DNA of 63,743 nt, taken from NCBI GenBank assembly GCA_025451775.1, contig JANWJU010000108.1:1-63743 (forward strand), written 5' to 3'. The notes under the pieces are model-generated. The model had not been told where the DNA came from. It did not search any database and worked only from the letters and a program-made list of their open reading frames with translations. A program made the translations under genes and the position numbers. This document shows positions 48,964 to 58,251 of this stretch, piece after piece; positions within the stretch are counted from its first letter, which is position 1, and every line of letters begins with the position of its first letter. The DNA is from Terriglobales bacterium (GTDB taxonomy: Bacteria > Acidobacteriota > Terriglobia > Terriglobales > SCQP01).

Positions 48964-48982
48964 TCGGCACTACGCCAACCAC
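48964..48982 (+). repeat. tRNA 3'-trailer motif copy 2 (TCGGCACTACGCCAACCAC)
   Basis: 17/19 identical to the reverse complement of 18709-18727; 4 nt after CCA. Confidence 0.6.
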
Positions 48983-49007
48983 CCGTGTCGGTGATTGTTG
49001 TCCCGGG

Positions 49008-49040
49008 CGCTCTGCTCGTGGCATCTCCATGCTGCCTCCA
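49008..49040. repeat. Repeat B copy 2 (intergenic)
   Basis: 32/33 identical to 33999-34031. Confidence 0.85.
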
Positions 49041-49066
49041 CCTGCATCCCAATCGGCGAGGCTTCT

Positions 49067-49513
49067 ATGCCAACCCGTCACGCCACCGCACAGTGGGAAG
49101 GCACCCTGGCCCAAGGCCGGGGCGCCATGGAGTTTGACGCCTACCAAGGCCAATTTTCGTTTGCTTCGCGGATGGAAAGTGGCCCCGGCACCAACCCTGA
49201 GGAGCTGCTCGGCGCCGCCCACGCCGGATGCTTTTCCATGGCGCTCGCCGCCGCGCTCCTGCAGGCCGGCCACCGTCCGGATCGCATCCGCACCACCGCC
49301 GCGGTGCACTTCGGCCCCGATGGCGGCGGGTTCCAGATCTCGCACATCGAGCTCGCCACCGAAGCCGAAATCACCGGCATTGGCGACACCGACTTTCAAG
49401 ACATCGCCGCCGACGCCAAGTCCTCCTGTCCCGTCTCCAAAGCCTTGGCCGCCACCCGCATCTCCCTCACCGCCAAGCTGCTGCCCGGCGACAGCCTGCG
49501 CCGGGCCGGCTAG
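49067..49513 (+). CDS. osmC: OsmC family peroxiredoxin
   Basis: GTNPEELLGAAHAGCFSMAL and CPVSKAL. Confidence 0.95.
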   Translation: MPTRHATAQWEGTLAQGRGAMEFDAYQGQFSFASRMESGPGTNPEELLGAAHAGCFSMALAAALLQAGHRPDRIRTTAAVHFGPDGGGFQISHIELATEAEITGIGDTDFQDIAADAKSSCPVSKALAATRISLTAKLLPGDSLRRAG

Positions 49514-49573
49514 GTAGCTCGCCCACCGGCGGCGTGTCACAATTCAACTCGGGGAAGCGTTGTTCCCAGTAGT

Positions 49574-50182
49574 ATGGGAACGCTCGACTGGATGGAGAAG
49601 CTGGGCGAATTCGAGGCGGTGGCCACCCCCGCCGGAACGGCGGCGGCTTCGGCGGCGGCTTGGCCGGAAGCGGTATTCGCTGGGCTGTTCCGGGAGCATT
49701 ATGCGCATGTGGTGGGAGTGGCGGCGCAGGTGGTGGGCGAGCGCGCGCAGGCGGAAGAGATTGCCGACGACGCCTTTTGGAAACTGTACCGCCAGCCGCA
49801 GTTGCAAGCACCCGGCAATAACGTGGCTGGCTGGCTGTACCGGACGGTGACGCGTTTGGCGTTGGACCGGCTGCGGAGCCGCAAACGCGCGGGCGCCGGA
49901 CAGCAGCGCTGGCAGAGCGAGACGATGTCCCCCCTGGCCCCTGGCGGCCGCGAGGCCTCCGGGCCCCTGCGCGAGCTGGTGCAGCGCGAGGAGGCCGATC
50001 GGGTGCGGGGCGTGTTGCGCCGCCTCAAGCCGCTGCAGGCCCAGTTGCTGCTGCTGCGCTACAGCGGCCTCTCCTATCAGGAAGTGGCGGCAGCGCTGCA
50101 GCTGAACCCGGCCTCGGTCGGCACCATGCTGGCGCGGGCGGAATCCGCGTTTGAAATCGCGTATGCCAGGAGGGCGGAATGA
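49574..50182 (+). CDS. ECF sigma-70 factor
   Basis: AEEIADDAFWKLY, GWLYR, LLRYSGLSYQEVA...SVGTMLARA. Confidence 0.92.
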   Translation: MGTLDWMEKLGEFEAVATPAGTAAASAAAWPEAVFAGLFREHYAHVVGVAAQVVGERAQAEEIADDAFWKLYRQPQLQAPGNNVAGWLYRTVTRLALDRLRSRKRAGAGQQRWQSETMSPLAPGGREASGPLRELVQREEADRVRGVLRRLKPLQAQLLLLRYSGLSYQEVAAALQLNPASVGTMLARAESAFEIAYARRAE

Positions 50183-51267
50183 GCGAGGCAAGGAAGCAGG
50201 AACAACCGTTCACGGCCCAGGTCGCGGCCCAGGTCGCGGCGCGATTCACGGCGATCGCCCCGCCGCCGGCGATGGGGCCGGAAGCCGAGGCGGAGGCGGT
50301 CGAGCGTGCCTGGGCACGGTTGTGCGCGCGCCGGACGGCGCACGCCACGCCGCGCAGCTGGTCATTGCTGTCGCGGCCGGCGTGGCTGGGCGCCGCCGCC
50401 TGCGCGCTGTTGGTGGGGACGCTGGGGCTCAGCCCGGCGGCCCGCTCGGCGACAGCGCGGGTGTTGTCGCTGTTCCGCATCCAGCAGGTTGCGGCCCTTC
50501 CGGTGGATCTGACCAGCAACTCGCCGCTGGCCAATCGCAGCACCGCCAGCATGATCCAGCGCATGATCGCCGACGAGCTCACCATCACGCTCAACGAGAA
50601 AAACCAACTCGTTCCCAGCGGCGGCGCCGCCGCCCAGATGGCCGGTTTTAGCCTGCGCTATCCGCTGAGCCTCCCTAGCCCCCAATTCTTTGTCGAGGGC
50701 GCCAAGGACTTTACCTTGACGGTTGACCGGAACCGCGCGCAGTCGATCCTCGATGCCGCCGATGTCACCGGTGTCAATCTGCCGCAAGGCCTGGATGGCG
50801 CCACCATGTCGGTGCATATTCCCCGCGCCGTGGGTGTCCTCTACGGCGACTGCGCCCGCTGGTTGCAACGCAACGCCACCGGCTTGCCCTCGGCCCCCAC
50901 GTCCGGCGCGTGTACGGTGATCGGCGAAGGCCCCAGCCCCACCGCCAGCTTGCCGCCGGGACTGGATATGGCGACCATTGCGGCGGCGGGGCTGCAGATG
51001 ACGGGCATGAGCGCCAGCGCCGCCCAACAGTTTTGCTCGACCATCGACTGGACCTCGACCTTGGTGGTGCCGTTCCCGCGCAACGCCGCCAACTCCCGCG
51101 ATGTCGCCGTCGATGGCGCCAGCGGCATCCTGCTGACCACCTCCGCCACGGCGCGGCAACCGCAGTACGTGCTGTTGTGGACGCGCGGCGGTATGCTGTA
51201 TTCCATCGCCGGTCCGGGCGATGGCAGCCGGGGCCTGACGCTGGCCGCCGAATTGCCCCCGGCCTAA
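50179..51267 (+). CDS. Putative membrane-anchored anti-sigma factor
   Basis: ATGA overlap with the sigma gene; single TM helix then LSLFRIQQV; extracytoplasmic IDWTSTLVVP domain. Confidence 0.7.
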   Translation: MSEARKQEQPFTAQVAAQVAARFTAIAPPPAMGPEAEAEAVERAWARLCARRTAHATPRSWSLLSRPAWLGAAACALLVGTLGLSPAARSATARVLSLFRIQQVAALPVDLTSNSPLANRSTASMIQRMIADELTITLNEKNQLVPSGGAAAQMAGFSLRYPLSLPSPQFFVEGAKDFTLTVDRNRAQSILDAADVTGVNLPQGLDGATMSVHIPRAVGVLYGDCARWLQRNATGLPSAPTSGACTVIGEGPSPTASLPPGLDMATIAAAGLQMTGMSASAAQQFCSTIDWTSTLVVPFPRNAANSRDVAVDGASGILLTTSATARQPQYVLLWTRGGMLYSIAGPGDGSRGLTLAAELPPA

Positions 51268-51297
51268 CGTAACCCCAAGGCATCGCAAAGGCATGGA

Positions 51298-52251
51298 TTG
51301 ACCTCTGAGCTCGCGGTTGAAACCCACACGTTGCGCAAGCTCTACGGCCGCAAGCTGGCGGTGAGCGACTGTACCCTGGCGGTGCGGCGGGGCGAGGCCT
51401 TTGGTCTGCTCGGGCCCAACGGCGCCGGCAAAAGCACCTGCGTGAAGATGCTGCTGGGGCTGGTGCGCCCCACCGCGGGCACGGGCCAACTGCTGGGCGA
51501 ACCGCTGGGAGCGGTGGCCGCGCGCCGGCGCGTGGGCTTTCTCCCCGAACACTTTCACTTCCAGGATTGGCTGAGCGGCACCGAACTCCTCCACCTGCAT
51601 GGACGCTTGCTGGGCATGGAAGCTGGCCGCCTGCGCCAGCGCGTGCCGGAGCTGTTGGAACGGGTCGAGCTGGGCCGCCAGGGCCGCAAGCCCATCCGCG
51701 AGTACTCCAAGGGCATGCAGCAACGGGTTGGCCTCGCCCAAGCCCTGCTGCAGGAGCCCGACATCGTCTTTTTGGATGAGCCCACCAGCGGTCTGGATCC
51801 GCTCGGGCGCATGCTGGTGCGCGACCTCATCGCCGAGCAGCGGCAGCGGGGCGCTACCGTGTTTCTCAACTCCCATTTGTTGGGCGAGGTTGAAGTCAGC
51901 TGCGACCGGGTGGCGTTCGTCAAGGCAGGGCGCGTTTTGGAGACACGCGATCTGCGTGCCCCAGAAGCCGTGACCGTGGTGAATGTGCGGGCGCGCTCCG
52001 TGCCGCGCGATGGCTGGGGCCGGTTGGGCATCCAAGGCCGGCGTCAAGACGATGCCAGCGCAAGCGACCCCGCCAAAGGTGGCGACCCCCCCGAAGCCTG
52101 GCGCTTTGAGTTGCCACGGCCCGAGCTGCTGCCGGAGCTGCTGCGATTGCTGGTCGATGCGGGCGCCGAAGTTTTCGAATACACGCCCCGGCGGGATTCG
52201 CTCGAGGAGACGTTTTTGCGGGTGGTGGGCCATGAAGGGGATGGCCAATGA
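51298..52251 (+). CDS. ABC transporter ATP-binding protein
   Basis: GPNGAGKS, YSKGMQQR, LDEPTSGLDP and NSH motifs. Confidence 0.93.
   Translation: MTSELAVETHTLRKLYGRKLAVSDCTLAVRRGEAFGLLGPNGAGKSTCVKMLLGLVRPTAGTGQLLGEPLGAVAARRRVGFLPEHFHFQDWLSGTELLHLHGRLLGMEAGRLRQRVPELLERVELGRQGRKPIREYSKGMQQRVGLAQALLQEPDIVFLDEPTSGLDPLGRMLVRDLIAEQRQRGATVFLNSHLLGEVEVSCDRVAFVKAGRVLETRDLRAPEAVTVVNVRARSVPRDGWGRLGIQGRRQDDASASDPAKGGDPPEAWRFELPRPELLPELLRLLVDAGAEVFEYTPRRDSLEETFLRVVGHEGDGQ
52054..52090. repeat. Diverged in-frame copy of repeat A (ASASDPAKGGDP)
   Basis: GCCAGCGCAAGCGACCCCGCCAAAGGTGGCGACCCC aligns without gaps to the reverse complement of repeat A, in the same reading frame as the ptrB copy. Confidence 0.7.
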
Positions 52252-53090
52252 AATCCGCGGTCACGCTCATCGCCGCGACCACCGTGCATCAGGCGGTGCG
52301 GCGCAAGCTGGTGCTGATGGCGGCCGTGGCGTGCGGTGGATTTTTGCTGCTCTATGGGCTGGCGTTCGCGGCCGCCATGGCGAACGCCAACAACGTCATC
52401 AACGCCGCCAGCCGGCTGATCCAGCGCGAAGCGGCGAGCTCATTCATGCTGCTGGGGCTCTACGCCGCCGATCTGCTCACCGCCACCATCGCCATCCTGG
52501 CCGCCAGCGACACCATCTCCGGCGAGATCGCCAGCGGCGCCATGCAAACTCTAGCCAGCAAGCCGGTGGCGCGCTGGCAGATCTTTCTGGGCAAATGGGT
52601 GGGCTTCGTGCTATTGCTGACGGCTTTATTGGCCGTCTTGCAGGGCGGCGTGATGCTCATCGCCTGGGGCTTCACCGGCTACTCCGCCCCCAACGTCGCC
52701 TCCGGCTTGGGTTTGCTGTGGTTGGAAATGGTCGTGCTCGTGACCATCACGCTGTTGTGGGGCACGCGCTTGTCCACCCTGGCCAATGGCGTGCTTAGCC
52801 TGGGGCTATTCGGATTGGCCTTCCTGGGCGGGTGGATCGAACAACTCGGCGCCGTGACCCAGCACGTGCGCGTGGTGCAGATCGGAATTGTCGCCAGCCT
52901 GATCATGCCGAGCGAGGCGCGGTGGCGGCGCGCCGCCTTTGACATGCGCTCGCCGCTGTCGGCCGCGGTCAACTTCGGCCCCTTCACCTGGGCCTCGGTG
53001 CCCAGCGGTCTCATGGTGGTTTACGCCGCTGCTTATGCGGCCCTGGCGCTCATGCTCGGGCTGCGCAGCTTCGCCACCCGCGATTTATAG
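52248..53090 (+). CDS. ABC-2 type transporter permease
   Basis: ISGEIASGAMQTLASKPVARWQIFLGKW; 6 TM segments; ATGA overlap. Confidence 0.9.
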   Translation: MKSAVTLIAATTVHQAVRRKLVLMAAVACGGFLLLYGLAFAAAMANANNVINAASRLIQREAASSFMLLGLYAADLLTATIAILAASDTISGEIASGAMQTLASKPVARWQIFLGKWVGFVLLLTALLAVLQGGVMLIAWGFTGYSAPNVASGLGLLWLEMVVLVTITLLWGTRLSTLANGVLSLGLFGLAFLGGWIEQLGAVTQHVRVVQIGIVASLIMPSEARWRRAAFDMRSPLSAAVNFGPFTWASVPSGLMVVYAAAYAALALMLGLRSFATRDL

Positions 53091-53104
53091 CGGCGCTAGG
53101 TGGC

Positions 53105-54640
53105 CTAAAGCCCCAGCTTGGGCCACAGCGCGTCCACCTTGGCCTTGGTGGCCGCGTCCATCAGGATCTCGTTCGGCCAGGGGCGCTGGAAGCCTTCGCT
53201 CGGCCATTTGCGGGTGGCGTCGATGCCCATCTTCGAGCCGAAGTTGGGGAGGCGGGAGGCGTGGTCGAGCGCATCCACGGGCCCCAGCGTGAATTGAATA
53301 TCCCGCTCCGGGTCGATGTGGTTCAACACCTTGAGCACGACGTCGGCGATGTTGTGCACGTCCACGTCCTCGTCGACCACCACAATGCATTTCGTGAACA
53401 TGGCTTGCCCCAGGCCCCAGATGCCGTTCATGATCTTGCGGGCGTGGCCGGGGTAGGACTTGCGCAGCGCCACGATCATGAGGTTGTGAAAGACGCCTTC
53501 GATGGGCAGGTTTACGTCCACAATTTCGGGAAACTGCATCTGCATCAGCGGCAGGAAGATGCGGCCCACGGCTTCGCCCATCCAGCCATCCTCCATGGGC
53601 GGCTTGCCGACGATGGTGGTGGCATAGATGGGGTTGCGGCGGTGGGTGATGCAGGTGAGGTGCAAGACCGGATACTGGTCGGCGAGCGAGTAGAAACCGG
53701 TGTGATCGCCAAAGGGGCCTTCCAGGCGGCGTTCGTTGAGATCGACGTAGCCCTCGAGCACGATTTCCGCGTCGGCGGGCACTTCCAAATCAACGGTCTG
53801 GCATTTGACCAGCTCGACCGGTTTTTGCCGCAGGAACCCAGCGAGCATCATCTCGTCCAGCGCCGGCGGCGCGGGCAGAATGGCGGCGAAGGTGGTGGCG
53901 GGATCGGTGCCGATCGCCACCGCAACCTGCATGCGCTGGCCGGAGGGCTCAGCCTCGGCCAAAAGCGGCGCCTGCACCTCCGGCAGGCCATGGGCGCGGC
54001 GCGTGATCTCCGCGGCCGCGAGGGGCGCTTGAGCGCGCAAATGACCGCGCAGATGGTCGGCGCCCTCCTTGTGAATTTGCCAGTGCATGCCCAGCGTCTG
54101 GCCGTCGAAAACCTGCAGCCGGTACATGCCGGCGTTGCGGCGCCCGGTGGTGGGATGCTTGGTGAACACCAGCGGCAGCGTGATGTAGCGGCCGCCGTCC
54201 TCGGGCCAGCATTGCAGGATGGGGAAATCGAGCACCGAAAATCCCTCGCGCAGCACCACCTCCTGGCAGGCGCCGGATTTCACCGTGCGCGGAAAAAACG
54301 CCCCCACCTCGGCCAGCACGGGCAGCATTTTGAGCTTGCCCATCAACCCCTCCGGCGGCTGCATCTCCAGCAGGGCGCGGATGCGGGCGGCGACCTCGTC
54401 GGCGTGGTCCACGCCCAGCGCCATCGCCATGCGCCGCCGGGAGCCGAATTGGTTGATGAGCAGCGGCCGGCCGGCGTATCCGGCGGGGTGCTCGAACAGC
54501 AGCGCCGGTCCGCCTTGTTTGCTGACGCGATCGGTGACCTCGGCGATCTCGAGCACGGGATCGACCTCGGCGGCGATGCGCTTGAGCTCACCGGTGCGCT
54601 CAAGAGCGGCGATAAAGGCACGCAAATCGGGGAACGACAT
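53105..54640 (-). CDS. ubiD: UbiD-family (menaquinone biosynthesis type) decarboxylase
   Basis: NAGMYRLQ, EIVLEG, EGPFGDHTGFY, GKPPMED and SKMGIDATRK motifs; TATAAT 11 nt upstream. Confidence 0.93.
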   Translation of the reverse strand: MSFPDLRAFIAALERTGELKRIAAEVDPVLEIAEVTDRVSKQGGPALLFEHPAGYAGRPLLINQFGSRRRMAMALGVDHADEVAARIRALLEMQPPEGLMGKLKMLPVLAEVGAFFPRTVKSGACQEVVLREGFSVLDFPILQCWPEDGGRYITLPLVFTKHPTTGRRNAGMYRLQVFDGQTLGMHWQIHKEGADHLRGHLRAQAPLAAAEITRRAHGLPEVQAPLLAEAEPSGQRMQVAVAIGTDPATTFAAILPAPPALDEMMLAGFLRQKPVELVKCQTVDLEVPADAEIVLEGYVDLNERRLEGPFGDHTGFYSLADQYPVLHLTCITHRRNPIYATTIVGKPPMEDGWMGEAVGRIFLPLMQMQFPEIVDVNLPIEGVFHNLMIVALRKSYPGHARKIMNGIWGLGQAMFTKCIVVVDEDVDVHNIADVVLKVLNHIDPERDIQFTLGPVDALDHASRLPNFGSKMGIDATRKWPSEGFQRPWPNEILMDAATKAKVDALWPKLGL

Positions 54641-54652
54641 ACAGGAAGCCGA

Positions 54653-55729
54653 TTATAGCGTGCGCCAGCGGGTGGCCGCGACCAGCGGCCCCGCCCAGCG
54701 CGGCCGTGCCAGTCCGCGCAGCGCCCCCTCCTGCAGCCATGGAGGCGCCTGCATCAGCCAGCGCAACGCCGCGCCCACACGGAACGATCGTCCGCCGGCG
54801 CGCCGCAGAGCGGCCGCGTAGGCTTCAGGGCGGTCGAGATGCCTCACCGCCAACTGCGCCGAAAGCAGCGCCCGCGCCAGCCCATCGCCGGTGAAGGGAT
54901 CGACGAAACCGGCGGCATCGCCTGTCAACAGCGCGCCCGCGCGCACCGCCGCGTGCGCTCCCATCATCACTGGCGCCGTGACCACGGTGGCTGTGGCCTG
55001 GCGGCCCGGGCGCAAGCGTTCGGCCAGCGCGGGGTGCGCGGCGGCGGCGGTGATCCAGGCGGAGAAATCGCCGCTATCGGAGAGCGCCCCGGCGGCCTCG
55101 CGATGAATCAGGCAGCAGGCGTTGGTCCAACCGTTTTCCACCGGCGCCAAGCCGCAGTAGCCTCCCCGGAAGACGAACATCTCGACCGCGCTGGATGGCG
55201 CCAGCCCGGCCAACCGCGCTTTCACCCCCACCCAGGCAGATGGCGCCGGCGCGGCTGCCGCCAACCCTGGCAGCCGCCACCAGCGTCCAGCCGCCAGCAC
55301 AATATGGCGTGCGTGATACGTCCCCGCGCCGGTATCAAGTTCGGCGCCGGGCGCGGCCGCCCGATAGGCGGTCACCGCGGTGCGTGAATGCAGCACTGCC
55401 CCCGCCGCCCCCGCTGCCTCCCACAGCGCGGCATCGAGCTTGAGACGGGAGATGCCGCGCGCCGGGTGGGGCAGGTGAAAGGCGGCCCGCCGGCCCCGGG
55501 CCGAAATCCAAACCGCCGAGTCAATGGCAGGAGCGGCCGCCGCCAGACCCGGCACCAAACCTTGGAGCAGCGGCAACGCCTCGGCAGAGACGTACTCGCC
55601 GCAGACCTTGTCCCGCCCAGGCGTGCCCCGCTCGAAGACGGCCACGCTGAGGCCGCGCCGCGCGGCCAGAATGGCGGCCGCCGCACCCGCCGGCCCACCC
55701 CCAATCACGGCGACATCACAGCGCTGCAT
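54653..55729 (-). CDS. NAD(P)/FAD-dependent oxidoreductase (geranylgeranyl reductase-like)
   Basis: IGGGPAG, DKVCGE and GDAAGFVDPFTGDG motifs. Confidence 0.9.
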   Translation of the reverse strand: MQRCDVAVIGGGPAGAAAAILAARRGLSVAVFERGTPGRDKVCGEYVSAEALPLLQGLVPGLAAAAPAIDSAVWISARGRRAAFHLPHPARGISRLKLDAALWEAAGAAGAVLHSRTAVTAYRAAAPGAELDTGAGTYHARHIVLAAGRWWRLPGLAAAAPAPSAWVGVKARLAGLAPSSAVEMFVFRGGYCGLAPVENGWTNACCLIHREAAGALSDSGDFSAWITAAAAHPALAERLRPGRQATATVVTAPVMMGAHAAVRAGALLTGDAAGFVDPFTGDGLARALLSAQLAVRHLDRPEAYAAALRRAGGRSFRVGAALRWLMQAPPWLQEGALRGLARPRWAGPLVAATRWRTL

Positions 55730-56417
55730 GCTGTGCCTCTGGAGGCCACAAGATCAGCCCCAAGCGATACCGCGGCAACCGCAACACCTCGAACCGCGCC
55801 GCCCCGCTCCCGCCGGCCAGCACTTCCAGCTCCCGCCGCGTGTACGCCTGGGCAACGCTGCGGGGGCCGTCGTGGCGCGTGAGGCGGCTGAATCCCGGAC
55901 TCATGGCCCGGATCGCCAGATACGGCCACCAGCTCCGCTCCAGGTCATTGATGAGCACCCCACGGCGGGCCACGCGCAGCATCTCCTGCAGCAGGCGGGA
56001 GGCCACCGGCTCGCCGGGCTGGTCGTGAAAGTGGTGCAGGAATAAATTGCAGGTGACCAGGTCCAGGCTGGCGTCGGCGAAGGGCAGCCGGTTGGCGTCG
56101 GCCGCCAGCGCTGGCACATCCACGCCCAAGTGGGTCAGCCGGCGGTCGAGCGCGACGGCGGTAACGGTGAGGCCGCGATGGCGGAGCCATGCGGTATTTG
56201 CCTCCATCACCTGTCCGGTGCCGGCGCCCACGTCGAGAAGGGTCAGCGGTTCTGCTGGCAGCGGCGAGACGCCGAGAAAGCGGGTCCACAGTCGGCGCCA
56301 GGAGCTCACGCCGCCAAGATGCCGGTTGATCCACCAGAGATCGCCGAGGCCGCGCTCGATCTCGGCGGGCGTGCCCTCATCGTCGTCGAGCAGTTCGTGG
56401 GCGAGACGCAAGCGCAT
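55716..56417 (-). CDS. Methyltransferase domain protein
   Basis: ELLDD...INRHLGG, LDVGAGTG, NLFLHHF, INDLER and HDGPRSV motifs. Confidence 0.88.
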   Translation of the reverse strand: MRLRLAHELLDDDEGTPAEIERGLGDLWWINRHLGGVSSWRRLWTRFLGVSPLPAEPLTLLDVGAGTGQVMEANTAWLRHRGLTVTAVALDRRLTHLGVDVPALAADANRLPFADASLDLVTCNLFLHHFHDQPGEPVASRLLQEMLRVARRGVLINDLERSWWPYLAIRAMSPGFSRLTRHDGPRSVAQAYTRRELEVLAGGSGAARFEVLRLPRYRLGLILWPPEAQHAAL

Positions 56418-56431
56418 GTCAGGCGCCCATG

Positions 56432-57697
56432 TCAGGCAATAGCCGAGAGCACCAGGGCGGAGTTCTTCGATCCGAAGCCGATGCAGTTGCACAGGGCATG
56501 CTGTAAGGCACAGCGCCGGCCCGGCTCGGGAACGTAATCCAGGTCGCACTCCGGATCGGGCGCGTCCAAATTAGCGGTGGGCGGGAGTTGGCCATCGCGC
56601 ATGGCGAGCAGCGTGGCGGCCACGCCAGCAGCGCCGCAGGCCCCCTGCGGATGGCCAATCAGCGACTTCAGCGCCGACATGGGAATGCGGTAGGCGGCGG
56701 CGCCGAAGACCCGCTTCATGGCCCGCGTCTCGATGCGGTCATTGAGCACGGTGGCGGTGCCGTGCAGGTTGACGTAGTCGATCTGCTCCGCCTCCAGCCC
56801 GGCATTTTTCAGCGCCATTTGCATGGCGCGCGCCGGCTCCTCCGCCGACTCCTCCAGCCGGACGCGGTGAAACGCCTCGCACGTCGAGCCATAGCCGGCA
56901 ATCTCGCCGTAGATGCGGGCGCCGCGCGCGCGGGCATGGTTGAGTTCCTCGACCATGAACATCCATGACCCCTCGCCCAGCACAAACCCGTCCCGGTCGC
57001 GGGAGAACGGCCGGGAGCCGCGCTCCGGCGCCTGGTTCCAGGAAGTCGTGAGGATTTTCATCAACGTGAAGGCGCGGGTGATGAGCGGCGACAACGGCGC
57101 ATCGCCGCCGCCGCACAGCACCGCATCCGCCGTGCCGCATTGGATGTGTTGGCGGGCGTAGCCCAGCGCGTCGGTCGAGGAGGTGCAGCCGGTCGAGATC
57201 ATGTGGCTGAAGCCGCGCAGCCCGAAGCGCATCGAAACCTCGCTCGCCAACGTTCCCAGCGTGGATGAGGGGATGGTGTAGACGCTGCACTTCCGGTCGC
57301 GGCCGCTGAAGTACAGCGAGAACTGGCGCTCGACGAACTCGAGCGCGCCCCCGCCGGAGCCCACCAGCACGCTGATGCCGCGGCGCGCCTCGAGGTCCAT
57401 CGCCGCCGGGTCAAGGCCGGCATCCTGAAGCGCTTCAGCGGCGGCGGCCAGTAGCAGCGGCACCACCCGGCTGACGTGAGGCGCGTCCCGCTCTTCGAGA
57501 TGGTCCAAGGGGTTGAACTGCGCCGCTTGGCCGCCGATCTGCACGCTCAGTCCGGCTTCGACAAACGCAGAGATGCGCCGAACCCCGCTCCCGCCCGCTC
57601 GCGTCGCCCGCCAGAACGCCTCCCGGCCGACGCCGTTGGGGCTAACCGCACCGATGCCCGTGATAACCGCCCGCCGAGCTTCCTTGCCTCCAACCAT
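56432..57697 (-). CDS. Beta-ketoacyl-ACP synthase II-like ketosynthase
   Basis: Cys-His-His triad in STGCTSS, HGTAT and GHPQGA; SRPFSRDRDGFVLGEG. Confidence 0.92.
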   Translation of the reverse strand: MVGGKEARRAVITGIGAVSPNGVGREAFWRATRAGGSGVRRISAFVEAGLSVQIGGQAAQFNPLDHLEERDAPHVSRVVPLLLAAAAEALQDAGLDPAAMDLEARRGISVLVGSGGGALEFVERQFSLYFSGRDRKCSVYTIPSSTLGTLASEVSMRFGLRGFSHMISTGCTSSTDALGYARQHIQCGTADAVLCGGGDAPLSPLITRAFTLMKILTTSWNQAPERGSRPFSRDRDGFVLGEGSWMFMVEELNHARARGARIYGEIAGYGSTCEAFHRVRLEESAEEPARAMQMALKNAGLEAEQIDYVNLHGTATVLNDRIETRAMKRVFGAAAYRIPMSALKSLIGHPQGACGAAGVAATLLAMRDGQLPPTANLDAPDPECDLDYVPEPGRRCALQHALCNCIGFGSKNSALVLSAIA

Positions 57698-57723
57698 GCC
57701 ACCATTAGATGCTCGGTGAGCGC

Positions 57724-57965
57724 TTAAGACACTACAAATCCGAGGGCACGGGCGTTGGCGCGTACTCGCGCATCGCGGCTCACTACCACCACCAGCGCCG
57801 GTGGTTCGCCCAAAAGTTCGACCGTCGCCAGATGAATGGCGTCAACAGTGCGGATGGGCTCAACCGGAAAAGGCCTTCCGGTTCGCGCCAATACCTCCGG
57901 AGTGATGGCAAAAATCGCGCAACGCCGCTCGAAGCGGCTCAGGTCTCGAAACGCCCGTCCCAACC
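57724..57965 (-). pseudogene. vapC: C-terminal remnant of a VapC/PIN toxin
   Basis: PIRTVDAIHLATV...SRDARVRANARALG present; N-terminal PIN strand and start codon absent. Confidence 0.7.
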
Positions 57966-58183
57966 TGCGGTGGGATCTCCCGCCTCCAGCGGGGGTCGCA
58001 CCACGCCGGCCAACACCAGCGCTCCCAGCCGGGAATGCTGCCGCGCGAGTGCCGGAGCGCGCACCGGACCCAACTCGGCGATGGCGCGCCCGTGGACGGT
58101 GACCACCACCGTTTCGCCCTTCTCCACACGACGCAGATATTCGCTCAACCGTTCCTGAGCTCGCGAACGCCCGCCTCTTGCAT
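57939..58183 (-). pseudogene. Phd/YefM antitoxin, frameshifted and 3'-fused to the toxin remnant
   Basis: MQEAGVRELRN then AAC GGT TGA; adding one C restores NRLSEYLRRVEKGETVVVTVHGRAIAEL. Confidence 0.75.
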
Positions 58184-58251
58184 GGCTTCATTGTAGCGTC
58201 ATGTGGCGTCAATTTGGCTGACCACGGTACCGATCGCCTTTGCGGCGATCA

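Noticed and set aside
5040-52090. Repeat A as a CRISPR direct repeat
   Set aside because: Copies are dispersed over tens of kb with no regular spacers or cas genes
53940-54050. Loop insertion in the UbiD-family protein
   Set aside because: No similarity to repeats A or B; probably a variable loop
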